From: Octopus sinensis | Lineage: Eukaryota | Assembly (NCBI RefSeq): GCF_006345805.1 | Contig: NC_043004.1 | Coordinates: 61,132,001 to 61,196,000, forward strand | Length of the DNA stretch: 64,000 nucleotides | Direction of reading: 5' to 3' | Part shown: piece after piece, positions 51,600 through 64,000 of the stretch | Position numbering within the stretch: position 1 is the first letter of the stretch | Layout: each line of letters opens with the position of its first letter | Position numbers and translations under genes: made by a program | Notes under the pieces: generated by a model | What the model saw: the letters and a program-made list of their open reading frames with translations, nothing else | Databases searched by the model: none | Told to the model about the DNA's origin: nothing

Positions 51600-53990
51600 G
51601 GAGTGCGTGGCGATTCTTCTTTCAAATGTCGGAGAGAAAATATTGCTTGTATACATACGGAGAGAAGGTCCTATCCTTAATATTTAAAATGCGATCCGTT
51701 GACTGGATGATATTTAGGTTTTAAGTGATATGGTGCTCACATTTAGTACCCAGTCCTCTGTATTTTCTGGCTTTAGCAATAATTCTCAATGCTATTTGGT
51801 GAATGCTTACTACACCTTCTTTCAATCTCCATATCATTTTGAATAGGGATATCGCATATCTTATTATTTCCCTGAATGACGTTAGATGTTGTGTGTATCT
51901 TTCCTTGAACGAGTTGCCCATGAATCTAATATAGGTCTTTGCCACTCCGTTGGGATCCATGATTTTGGCCTTGTATATAATTACTTTCCCCGTTAGTTAT
52001 TATTTAGAGGACAGCAGTTTGGACCTCTACAGTTACAGTGCGTTTCGGGGGTATTCGTGGTGGGTATATTTTTATTATGGTTCAGTATTATCGATCCTAT
52101 ATTAGGGACGCAACAATAGCAAGCAGCTATAACTAAATTTAACTGTATTCTGTTGGAGATATTGAAGGTATTCATATGGATGTTGGAAGTGATTGACTAT
52201 TACTTTTAAGTATTTTCTAACTATGTTAGTGGCTACATTCATATTATAAGGTGTCACATGGTGATTCGAGTATTCTGTATGCAAAACGATTTTAGTAAAT
52301 ACATTCTTGAGTTTGCAATTAAAAGTATTTTAGCAGTGCAGGAAACAAATCATATTGAACTAAGCTGGTCCGCTTTCACTTTTTTTTTATTGTGTGTATT
52401 TCTTTAATTTCGTTTAATCTACGACACAAGTGTGATACAATTGTACATATCCATTTGGTTTGAGTGAATGAGATGTTGTTTTATGTGCGCTTTGGGTGAC
52501 ATGATGTGAAACGGAAGTATTGTGATTCTGTGGTTTTAAAATAAATATCGGTTTCCAATAGAAAAAAAATTCTCGCTATTAGAAACTAGAAGGGATGTTT
52601 ATCGTTGCTGAATTCCATAAGGAATTTGAATGTTTGGATTTATGTTTTGTATAATATTTGGGAATTATTTTACTTTGGCAATATCTTCCTTCCATAAAGT
52701 GAAGAACTCGACGAGGGACTTGTTCCACTTTTCTTCCAAAAAGAAGTTGGATACATCTCTTGAAGTTTCAGAGGATCTTTGATATATTTTTATTTCACGA
52801 TTGATGTATTTATTCTCTAAGATGTATTGGAGGTCATCAACAAAAATATTTCTTACTATGTGGTCTGGTATTTCGGTAGTAATGTGTCTAGACAATGCTC
52901 TATAGCTTCGATTCCATACTGGTGAGGAATGCTGAAATATAGTTTCGCATAAACGATATGTATGTTTTCCGTTATTGTAATTTGTAGATGGTATAGTATG
53001 GCCAGATCATTTCGTATAAAGCTCTTTATATGTTCGGGGAGTGCTTTTAGTAGAATGTGTATATGAAATTATTTAGGTAGTAGGTTTCACATGATGGGTC
53101 TGTTAAAATGTGTCTCATTTTTTGAACTGATAGTGGTGGGATATTTATAAAACCGATTTGGGCCCTTCAGATTTTTTATTGATCAATTTATTTTTATGCA
53201 TTTTAGAAGATTCTTGTTTTATATTGAAGTTTGTAAGGTATTTCAGTTCTTTATCAGTTAAAAGTTTCTACACTATAGAATATCCAATACTAAATTCTTG
53301 AAGTAATATTTATCCATAATAACAACTGAACCTACTTCATCTTTCTTATATCTGTTAAGTAGTTCCACTGTTGTGTACTGAAATGAGATATAACTTGTTT
53401 TTTTCACGTCTTATTTTATATAGAGGGAAGCTTGAAATATGCTCAGAGTATGCATCAAAACCTGTTTTTCGTTGACGGTTAGGATAGTGTTTGTTTCTGT
53501 TTAAATTATAATTTCATCTTCATTATTTAACTAAAAAAACTATCCTGCTAATCTTAGTCTTCTGTACAATTCTGCAATATCATCTTTAATTTCAGACGTA
53601 TGTGATTTTTGAGTGGTTGGTGTGAACGTAAGCTATTTGCTGAGTATATTCATTTGTAAAGCGGTTAGTCTTTTTGTGAGAGTTTGATTTCCTTTGGTTT
53701 TACGTAACGTGCATTCCACTTCGGTCCCTGTGATTCTGGATAATGTTTAAAAAGTCATCATATCCCTGGCATTTCTTAAAATGTTGTATAATTTCTGCAT
53801 TTTTATCATATCCTCCGATATTGTTCCTTTTCCTATAACGGTGGCTTCCTCTGAAATTATTGCCGTATGTTTGATTGTAGGCTATATTTTTGCTGGGCCC
53901 CTGTACCTATTCTTTTGAAATTCTTGTATATCAGCTCCTGTTTATTGTTCCATATGACATGATAGGGTTTCTTTCCTGAATTAATAGTGT
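51600..53990 (-). mobile_element. Decayed Penelope-like element (RT plus Cys-rich linker and GIY-YIG endonuclease; Neptune-like)
   Basis: QYFRFTSCHPKRT*NNISFTQTKWICTIVS (PLE thumb), HCNCRGPNCCPLN, and VIIYKAKI...KTYIRFMGNSFKERYTQHLTSFR (GIY-YIG); many stops and frameshifts. Confidence 0.8.
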
Positions 53991-54267
53991 GCTTTCAATT
54001 CAAGGGTCTTTTCTCTTCAACTATTCGCTTATCTCTGTAGTTACAAGTTGGTGTATGTATTTATGTATGTATGTATGTATGTATGTATGTATGTATATAT
54101 GCATGTGTGTATGTGTTTGTATGTACAACGCAAACGCACTTACCGCAATAAAATCTCAAACAGAAAGCCAAACGCATTCTCTATAGCGGACAGAGTGGAT
54201 AGTCACTGAGAAGGTTGCAAAAAAACTGCGAAAGAGATTTGACAATACACACACACACACACACACA

Positions 54268-54353
<86 letters not shown>

Positions 54354-55438
54354 TATATATAATTAAAAGAATGAGATAAAAATCCAAGGTTATGAAAGAT
54401 TCAGAAGATTTATAAAAAGAAAGTCTTACAGCTGTTACCGGGATATTTTATATATCCCTTCATGGGAGACGGTGCGAGAAAATGGTTAAGCAATAGATAT
54501 TCTAGAGAAGATATGAAATAGAGAGTGAAATGGAGGAATGAAAGCAGACGTGAGACATGCAGTGATATTGTATCTGCAGTTCCATTATTTAAGCAGAATG
54601 GTATACTTATAAGTTTCCTGTACCTTGTGTGTAAGTTCCAACAGCATTTAAAATTGGTCATTCCAAGCATAGAGTTTGTAAACCGTGTTATTGGATCGAG
54701 GTTTCTTTTTTATTGTTTGAAGTGACTTAAAAGTTGGGAATGTGTTTGTAAGTTCACATCAAAAACAGGAAGAGAGAAAAATTGGGGAGGATAATAAAGA
54801 AATGAAGAGAGCGAAAGAATGTAAGACCTTCTTTTATAAATGTGCTGAAATCTTTCAAAGCCTGGGATTTTTATCTTATTATGACTTTTTTTTTATATAT
54901 ATGCATGCTAATATATGGACTCCTCATTCGCATACTCACCGAACCTGGAGTTTAACTATAGTCAGTTCATAACACTGATATATATATATATATATATACA
55001 GCTTGGGCAAGTATCTTCAACTATAGACTCGGGCCGACCAAATCCTTGTGAGCGGATTTGGTAGGCGGAAACTGAAAGAAGCCCGTCGTATAGATATATA
55101 TATATATGTATGTATATATGTATGTGTGTTTGTGTGTCTGTGTTTGTATTCTACCATCGTTTGACAACCGATAGTGGCTTTGTACGTCCCCGTAAGCTAG
55201 CGGTTCGGCAAAATAATCGATAGAATAAGTACTAGGCTTACAAAGAATAAGTCTTGTTAGCGATTTGTTCGACTAAAATTGGTGCTCCAGCATGGACGCA
55301 GTCAAATGACTGAAACAAATAAAAGAATATATCTTCTTTTATTCTTTTAGTCTGTTCTTTGATTCAACCATTTGACTTCAACCATGCTGGAGCACTGCCT
55401 TTGGTCGGACAAATTTACCCCAGGACTTATTCCTTTGT

Positions 55439-55774
55439 TGTAGTGAAAATGGTCCTCCCCTTCCCCCGTGACAAAGTGGTATGATGAGTCAGTGACCATA
55501 CAGCCAGACAGTCAGTCGTTGTAAGAAGTCAGTGGTAGCAAAGTCGTTATACCATTCTCTGTTGGTGTTAGTGTCCTACATGTTATATTTACGAGTTCGA
55601 GTCACCGTCAAGGTAGACATCTCAAAGTCATTGTCTTACGGCACTATCAGCGACAGTATGATAGCCGAGTCAAATGTAATAAGACGCGGAATAATGCCAC
55701 AAGATAATAGTGGCGACAAAAATATTACAGAGCCGACAGTAACATACAAGAGGACGAGTATCCGTATTATAACA
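55439..55774. mobile_element. Solo-LTR-like TG...CA insert (336 bp) splitting a minus-strand family A SINE
   Basis: It begins TGTAGTG and ends TAACA. The SINE sequence stops at ...TTTGT and resumes TTTGTAAG... after the insert. The TSD is imperfect. Confidence 0.5.
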
Positions 55775-57335
55775 TTTTTGTAAGACTAGCATTTATAGGT
55801 CTGTTTTACCGCTTATGTACGGGGACGTATACACACCACCATCGGTTGTCAACTGATGGTGGGGGTAAATACAGTAACATATATATATATATATATATAC
55901 GACGGGCTTCCGTTTCCGTTCACCAAATCCACTCAGAAGGCCCGTAGCTATTGTAAAAGATACTTGCTCAAGGTGTCATGCAGTAAATTGAACCCGGGTC
56001 CATGTGGTTGTGAAGCAAGCGTCTTACCACAGAGCCACGCCTGTAGGTAATGTAAACGGTGTCTTACACGTGAGATGTCAAAGTGATTGCAGCGTAAGAG
56101 GATGTGGTTTTTGCTCAGAAATGCAACACACCACCTGGTAAGTGCAACAGCCTAACTACTAAACCACGCCCCTTACACACATACACATCCATGCATGCAT
56201 GCATGCATCCATACATGCATACTTACAAATATACCTAATATATACACTTATACACATATATACAGTATCTCTCACTCTCTCCCTTACTCTCTAGAGAGAG
56301 CGAGGAATTGATGGATACTTAAATAGAAAGATAACTCGACTAGGTCACTGAAATAAACAAACATTTACCAAGCAACATACAATACTATTATATAAATTAG
56401 CATCACTTTGTGTGGATGTAGACTGTCTAACCGATTTAGCCACATCTCTTATAACTTGAATACATATAAATAGTGTAGAAGTGATGCCGGGTGAAAACAT
56501 TAAGAATTTGTTTAGAGTGCATACAATGTTGTTATTTATTAAAACCAAAATCATTCCTGTATAAGTCAGTAAGCCCTTTGGGTTTAAAGAATATATTTCA
56601 AGATATTGTATCTCTGGTCGTGCAAGATACAGTTTTAAAATAGCTTATCGATAAAGTTTAGTTGCCAAACGAATTATAGTTCTTACAATGTTCGTATATT
56701 CTATTATAAGTTTTCCAGTGATTTCGAAAGTATTTCTGAAGTAATGAAATAATACTTAGAACACTTGTTAATGTATTTTTTTTGTTTTTTGAAGAATTAC
56801 CTTCCAGTAAGGTTGATTTTTAGGAAGGAGTTCTGTACGCCAACTTCGAAACGTGACTATAAAATGGATTAATTATAAGCTTTGCAGTATTGTTTCATAT
56901 ACGAGTCCATTGCGTAGCCAAAGGATAGGTTTCTTTACAAAACTAATTTTAGATCTATTCAAAATATGTGAGCGTGAAAAAATTCGAGACAATTAATGCA
57001 TTGTCTCTGCTATCGATTTTCCAAAGTGAAACGAAATGATTCCGGTATTTTTATAGGTAAAGAGTGGGAGCTTTTAAGAAAGACATTTTTCATCTAGTAA
57101 TGGGATATATATCCCAGAAGATTTATAGCATAATAGGAAAGATGACGATAGCTCTTCAATTTATTCTGCTTATACATACAAATACATACATACATATACA
57201 CACACATATACATATATAAACAAGCAAATATATATACACATATAAATATGTGTATACACAAACATATATGTATAACCACATATACAGCCACATTTAAATA
57301 TATCTATAGCAACATATACATCTCGTAAGTAAGTA

Positions 57336-57366
<31 letters not shown>

Positions 57367-57445
57367 TATCTATAAACCTATTTCTTTCTTTCCCTCTATG
57401 TCTGTCTGTCCGTTTGGGTGTGTGTGTCTCTCTCTCTCTTTCTAT

Positions 57446-57507
<62 letters not shown>

Positions 57508-58135
57508 TATACATATATATATATGTATATATATGCATATTTTTATATGGATACACACGCACGCTCGCATTTATATATATATATATATATATTAACATGC
57601 ATTTGTATACAGATATAATCAAATGTGATATGAAATTAGTAGTTGAGTTAATATACTAATCTCTTCGCCCCATACTATACGTTTTTCTATTAGCGAATGG
57701 CTACGAAAACTATTTGATGTTAAAATGAGGTTGGGTTTATCTTAAGAATTAAGAAACCTCAGAAGCAGTTATGTCATTAAGGAAAAGATCAGGCGTCTTG
57801 TTTGAAGATATGAATATAGTCGTAGAAGTGTGTTTTCGCCTCACTTGGAGTCAGCATCACGAGAATTGGCCTAAACTACTTCCGGCAGCCTCTCCTAACA
57901 TAGAGACAAATACGGAGTTGAAATTCTGCTTTAATCAAACACAAATGAGCAAACAGGGATAACATGGATTGTTCAATTAGATTTATAGACGGGCAGTCAT
58001 TAGTAATTGTTACGTATACTTCCCCAAAAAGTGGAGAATATTTTAATGAATAAAATATTTATATCACGTGGTATTTGGTATTCTTAAATTTTGTATGTTT
58101 TTCATATGTATACCACTGGCCATATGTATATATAT

Positions 58136-58211
<76 letters not shown>

Positions 58212-58327
58212 ATTTAAATAATGAGCGAGATAAATTGAATATTAATTTAATTAATATCAATTTAAAACCAGTAGCCTAGCATATAAAAATCTGAAAAATC
58301 AGAGAAATTCTAATACATGTATATAGT

Positions 58328-58860
58328 TAAAGGGCTAAAAACCACTATGTGCTCAGCCATATGCTAGAAGTAGATCACGTACCATCAAACTACAAAGAAA
58401 GGAATGTTCCCTAGAGAAAAATTCAGCGGACACCAGAACAATATGCCGGCAAGACAGATGAAAATTATATAAAAAACAAGAATTAATCGCAGACCGGCGG
58501 TTTCGCCTATTAACGAATAAATCACTTATGTAATCCTTCGTCCGTAGGACTCGTCAGTACGATCGTTCCACAAGCAATATAATTTGTAAAACTAACCACC
58601 ATTTTTTCCGTATAAAAACAGACACGTGCTTAGTTCCACCGATTACATTGGGGTTAATTTCAAATGTCTGAGTTCTGGCGCGCTAAATTCTGGAAACAAA
58701 ATATGCAGTAAATTATTTACTCCCTCATTATTTAAATGTTAAAATAAATATGTTCTCTAATAGGCAGCATTAACTGCAGTAAATTAATTTATTTGTAATT
58801 TGATCGTTGGTGATCTACTTCTAGCATCTGGCTGAGCACATAGTGGTTTTTAGCCCTTTA
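58328..58860. mobile_element. Non-coding element with a 51-bp inverted repeat (50/51 identical) enclosing the hammerhead, set in (TA)n
   Basis: 58328-58378 versus 58810-58860, extending imperfectly about 18 bp inward; (TA)n lies at 58130-58207 and after 58860. Confidence 0.75.
58486..58563 (-). ncRNA. Canonical type I hammerhead ribozyme
   Basis: ATCGTA-CTGACGA-G...C(stem II)-GAAACC(GCC)GG-TC-TGCGAT: 6-bp stem I, G-C closed stem II, 3-bp stem III and a GUC cleavage site between 58492 and 58491. Confidence 0.75.
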
Positions 58861-59390
58861 AATATACATATATATATATATATATACTATAAATTCAATG
58901 AAAAATTAAAAGACAACACAAGTTTAAGATGTATATATTAGTTTAAAACAAAGTCAATCTTACAAGCTGCTACAGTCTTACTTAATGAGCTAATGTGGAA
59001 GCTGCAAACGAAATTCTAAGCTGCAAATGAGATTCTAGTCCAGTTTCTGTGCACACGCAAACATAGTGACTTACTTCTATTATAAAGTAAACAGATATTA
59101 GTGATTAGTACTATGAAAAATTATAACATATCTGTCGACATAGATTTAATTTTCTCATTGAATAATTAAACCTGTCTACTTGACAAAGTACAATCACTAG
59201 CGCTCGACCCGGATAAAATGCTTAGAACATTTCTGCCAGCGATGTAGATTCTGTGGTAAGATGACACCGAGGTAAAATTTGCCATTTAATGAAAAAAAAA
59301 AAAAAAGGTGCCGTTTGAACTCTGCAATCGATGTTATCGACTTTCAACCCCGCTCAAACTTGCTGGTCTTATACCGAAATTTGAAAATAG

Positions 59391-59488
<98 letters not shown>

Positions 59489-59659
59489 CCTATCTCTTTC
59501 TATATATAGATATATAGATAGATATGAAACAGAGTTTGTGAGTGTGTGCGTGCGTGTCCATGTGTGTGTTTGTGTATGTGTGTGTATGTAAGTATGTTGA
59601 CTTGGCTGCTGATTTTGACGTATGGAGTATTAAAAGATTTGGTAATCTTTCGGCTATTA

Positions 59660-60965
59660 AATAACTTTATTTTCATTTACATATTTGCAAAGTTGTGTAT
59701 CTGTCTGTGAGCGTGTGTCTGTTTGCCCGTTCGTTACGTACGTTAGAACGATGGTTGAGAAATATATATATGTGAGGGTGTATGTGTGTGTCAGTATGCA
59801 TACATTTTTGTGACGACTGGCACACACACACACACAGATATACACACATCTAAAGAGAGATTTTATAAGTAGTGTCATGTAAACACAGAGAGACAGAGAT
59901 AGGCCTGAGGTGTACGTGAATGTATGTCTGTGTATGTCTGTACGTATGTGTGTATGTGTGTACGAGGGCATGTGTTATGATTTTTATACGTTAGGCCTCA
60001 GATAGTTAAACACTCACACACATGTACACATACATATTCCTTATGCTTCCGAAAACTCAGTTGCCGATTTTCGGCTACCCCATGAAATTCATTTTCATTT
60101 ACATATTTGCATTACAAAAATTTAACACTATAATCTTTCTATAAGTCAACTGTTGTAAACTACATTTTATACGACGACAACGATGACAACGTCACATTTT
60201 CTATATATGTGTATGTGTGTGTGTGAGTGTGTGTGTGTGTGTGTGTGTATGTTTGTGCATTCGTTATGTATGTTAAGCGAATGGTTGAGAAGCATGTATG
60301 CGAGATATGTGCGTGTCAGTATACATGCCTTTTTTTGACGACTCAAACACACATACTCACATCTAAAGACAGTGAGTGACACACTGAGGGACAAATATAG
60401 GCCTGAAGTGTGCGTGTATATCTATCTTAGATATGTGTGTGTATGTGAAGGTGTGTATGTGATAATTTTTATACGTTAGGTCTCAGACAATTAAACACAC
60501 ACACACACACACATGCAAACGCACACTTCTGCACATACATATACATATGTGTATTAGGGTGTATGTGTCTGTGAGTGTGTGCCTATGCGCGGTCGCTACG
60601 TACATTAGACCGATGACTGAGAAGTATATGTAATTATATGTGTGTGAGTGTATGTGACAGTGTATGTATATGTATACATACATTTTTATGACGACTGACA
60701 CACAAACACACACATCTAAAGAAAGAGAGAAACACGCATAGAGGCAACAATAGGCCTGGGTTGTGCGTGAATGTATATCTGTGTGTGTCTGTGTTACTAT
60801 ATGTATGTGAGTGTATGCCAGAGTGTATATGTATACGAGTGCAGGTGTGGTAATTTATATACGTTAGGCCTCAGAAAATTAAATATGCACGCATATACTG
60901 ATTCATATACATAAGTGTACGAGTGTCTATGTGTCTGTAAGTGTGTGTGTTTTTGCGTTCGTTAC
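59660..60965. repeat. Diverged ~370-480-bp tandem repeat (3+ units) with embedded CA/GT microsatellites
   Basis: The markers TGACGACT, ACATCTAAAGA, ATAGGCCTG and TATACGTTAGG(C/T)CTCAGA recur in the same order; the last lies near 59985, 60470 and 60858. Confidence 0.75.
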
Positions 60966-60974
60966 GCCTATAGT

Positions 60975-61924
60975 AAACTATAGTAAAGGTAATTTTGCGT
61001 CGTTTTAATGAACCCACATGTAATAAAGTAACCATAATTATGTTATATGATCACCATGAAAATTATGATATCCTCATTCGTACCCGAGACAACAACCTTA
61101 AACGTGTTTCAGAGATTCATCCCTTTTATGATAGGTTCTCCTGCATCCTCTTCTTTTGTGGAATGGACAAGATCGGTATCATTTCAATATTCTACAAATT
61201 AAACCTGTAACAGGAAAGCCAATTATAAACAAAATATTGTCATGAAATGACTTCTATTCTTACCACCTGATGTAAAGACCAGAACAATTAGATCAATTAC
61301 ATATGTATCGTGATCTATTTCAGCAATAACTGGTTGATATGTATGCGAAAGTTCAGAACGACTGTTTCTACTGCATTCGTAACAATCAAAGATTTCAAGG
61401 CTAAAAAATTCTGCTCATCTTAAAAATGCTCTCCATGTCCTAGATGCAATGATCATAACAAGTAGTCATGAATATCTTTATTCCAACAATTCCTCTCATA
61501 ACTACAGATGTTCCATTTGAATCTAAGACTCTTCAATTTCCAGTCAATCTAAGTTTTGGGATTTCAATTAACAAATCTCAGGATCATTCCCTCAAGTTAC
61601 TTGGATTTTATCTCTCTACTATATACTTCTACCACGACCAAATCTATGTTGCTTGCTCGCGAGTTGCAAGCAGCAGCAATTTATTCATTTCGACAGCAAA
61701 AAAAAATAAAAAATTACACAATGAATAATGAATACTGTTTATCTTGAGGTGCTTCATCATTGAGAGATTTTCGGTTCGAAAATCGATTATCATTAAAATA
61801 TGGATATTTTAAAAATAGATTGTAGATATTTTGAAATAATTATGAGAATATATCTTTATATTCCTCGTTTATTTTTCTGAATAAGAACAGCGGTAACCCG
61901 GGCAACGCCGGGTCAACCTGCTAG
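60975..61924 (+). mobile_element. Internally deleted Helitron (Rep fragment, helicase C-terminus, 3' terminus)
   Basis: RRFNEPT...RVSEIHPFYD (Rep); IFIPTIPLITTDVPFE...QFPVNLSFGISINKSQ...QIYVACSRV (Pif1-like helicase); hairpin ACCCGG-GCAACG-CCGGGT at 61896-61913, then CTAG (61921-61924) followed by T. Confidence 0.9.
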
Positions 61925-63909
61925 TCATTTTATCAGTTTGAATAGACTCTTTTACATTTTGTGCAAATACCAAAAACAATAAAATTGTAAATGTATTTTG
62001 AACTTAGAAAAACTTTAGGGCGTCTCTGAGTTTTCTCAACCCAGTAGTAGTAACGACAAACTGACCCTTAGCCCGTAATGCAATCTGCTGCCAAAAGTAT
62101 GTTATGGTTTTGAATGGAGTAGTTCCTTCATCAAAGTTCTACCGATTGCGGACTGTTGTTTTAGCACAAAAGCTACTAAAATCATAATACTTCAACAGAA
62201 TGTCAATGTTATTGTTTACATGACACTACTTATGAAATTCTCTTCTTTGATTTTGTTTCTGTCCGAGACAGTCATTCTGCTGGTCAATATCTTTATGGAA
62301 ACATATGAATTTTGGTGTCTCATTTGGGGAATTTTTATATCACTTAGAACCTGGGATAAAATTCCAGATCCCGAAAATTGTCGATTCCAATACAGAAAAA
62401 TTAGTATGAGATTAATTGATAGCTCAGTCCTTCCAGATATAGGAGCTAAGTTCCTTTGCTCTTTTTTATACTATGTGTGCACATCTGGCACACTCTTAGC
62501 ACCATGTCTTAAAACATATTCCCTTGGCGTAGCGATACAAATAACAAGCTGCTAAATCCTACTATACTTATGGCGTCAAGTAGAGTAATGTGTGTAATAT
62601 CAATTAATGACTGATGAAATAACGCAACTTAGATAATCACTTTCAGTAGCTAAAATGTATTTCTGTTGTAAGGGGCACACAGAGATCTGAGTGCTTGTAC
62701 AACATGTTATTACTTGCTGCGAACCATTCAAACGAAATGTATGTTTATTTAGGAAACTATATCTCTTTGATTCAGATGCACTTAGCTCTTCGTCATCAAA
62801 TACCTAGTTGTTGTGTCAATACCAGAATTTCAAACCAACTTTGAGTTTACAAACAATATAAATCCTAACAAATAGCTGTACGAAATGAAGAGTGTTCAAA
62901 TTTTTCGACAGTCAAAGATCAAGGTTATAATTGTTTGTATAATGAAAATCTGTGATCGGGTTCTATTCATTTCAGAGTTTTGAGGACGGAAATCGTTTGA
63001 GATTACTTTTTGGTGGCAATGAAGCTGAAGACTAAATTGGAATCCATGTTTGTGCATCGTTCTGAAAGCCGAAGGCCACTTAAAGGTTTCGATAATGATA
63101 CCCTTCCATGGATACGGAAAGCAATTAGAAATATTAATAAACGGATTTCAGCTGTATAGTTTGCAAACTGGCTTCATTTCAACGTGTTGAAGAAGTAAAA
63201 AATATGACGAAGAGAAAAATTATTTCGTGTTAAGTGATGCCATCGTAAATGTGAAAATTTTTACAACATCGCTATTAAAAAGTTAGAGACCTCCAAATCA
63301 AGAGTAAATTTTGCAAGTATTGAACCGTGAATTAAAGCGTAATATCTTGAGTTAAATGAAAAAGAAGTCCAGTCCATAAAAAAATTGCAGTCGCCGAATG
63401 GAGATGATATTGGCTACTGGAGATGATATTGGGCTCCTGAACACATGGTTGTGGATTCGATATCGTCATCCGTTAGTAAATAGCACCCTTAAGCAACATA
63501 TATTACTTCATCCTGCTCCAGCCAAACAAGTGAAGTGAATACCAACTGAATCTCCATCATCTGCTTCCTGCAAGCTCCTGTGGCTGAAGTACGGGTGAGA
63601 TGACAGGGTAACCATGTATGTTTAGGAATACGTACATATATAAACAAATGAGTAAAAACGTTCTACATGCTAGTTATTCTGCCTTGAGATCGCAGGAATG
63701 ACGGCTGGATGCAATAAAAATAACGAAAGATGCCGGGAACAAAGAAACTAGATGAGAAAAAAAAATGAAATAATAATCTAAAGAATTTGAAAGACCAATA
63801 AAGATTTTTGAAATGAAACGGATACAATCATTGATATTATAAATGTTCTGAACGTAAATATTCCTATGGATGACATGAATAATACATTATATTTACACGA
63901 TCTGTTACA

Positions 63910-64000
63910 TGAGTGGCTGTGTGTTACATTAGCTTGCTTACCAACCACATGGTTCTGGGTTCAGTGCCACCGCGTGGCACAGTGGGCAAGTGTTTCTACT
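63910..64000 (+). mobile_element. SINE family A head, cut by the window edge
   Basis: GAGTGGCTGTGTG...GCTTGCTTACCAACCACATGG...GGGCAAGTG. Confidence 0.8.

Overview
This is AT-rich, microsatellite-saturated eukaryotic DNA. The tRNA-derived SINE families, the (TA)n/(CA)n/(TAA)n load and the LINE content resemble an octopus (coleoid cephalopod) genome; this assignment is an inference. Nearly all ORF-track entries (poly-YI, HT, IL) are translations of simple repeats. Supported content: four R4/Dong-type RLE non-LTR retrotransposon copies (one with a near-intact 2.6-kb RT-CCHC-RLE ORF; the three with visible flanks sit in or beside TAA arrays), CR1-type LINE fragments inside (TA)n, a decayed Penelope-like element (RT plus GIY-YIG), a decayed Ty3/Gypsy element, a Helitron 3' remnant with hairpin and CTAG end, three mariner remnants or MITEs, a hAT MITE with a perfect 8-bp TSD, foldback elements and many SINEs. 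Host-gene evidence is limited to a phase-consistent two-exon 3' end of an unidentified gene (minus strand, 7990-8347) and a few weaker plus-strand exon candidates. The most notable signal not shown by the ORF track is a set of type I hammerhead ribozyme motifs. Two appear complete (58486-58563 minus; 49981-50023 plus), one is imperfect and several are decayed. They lie in Penelope-associated or inverted-repeat-bounded repeats. There is also a pre-miRNA-like hairpin at 18410-18484. All folds and translations were read by eye, and mobile-element boundaries without a stated TSD or TIR are approximate.
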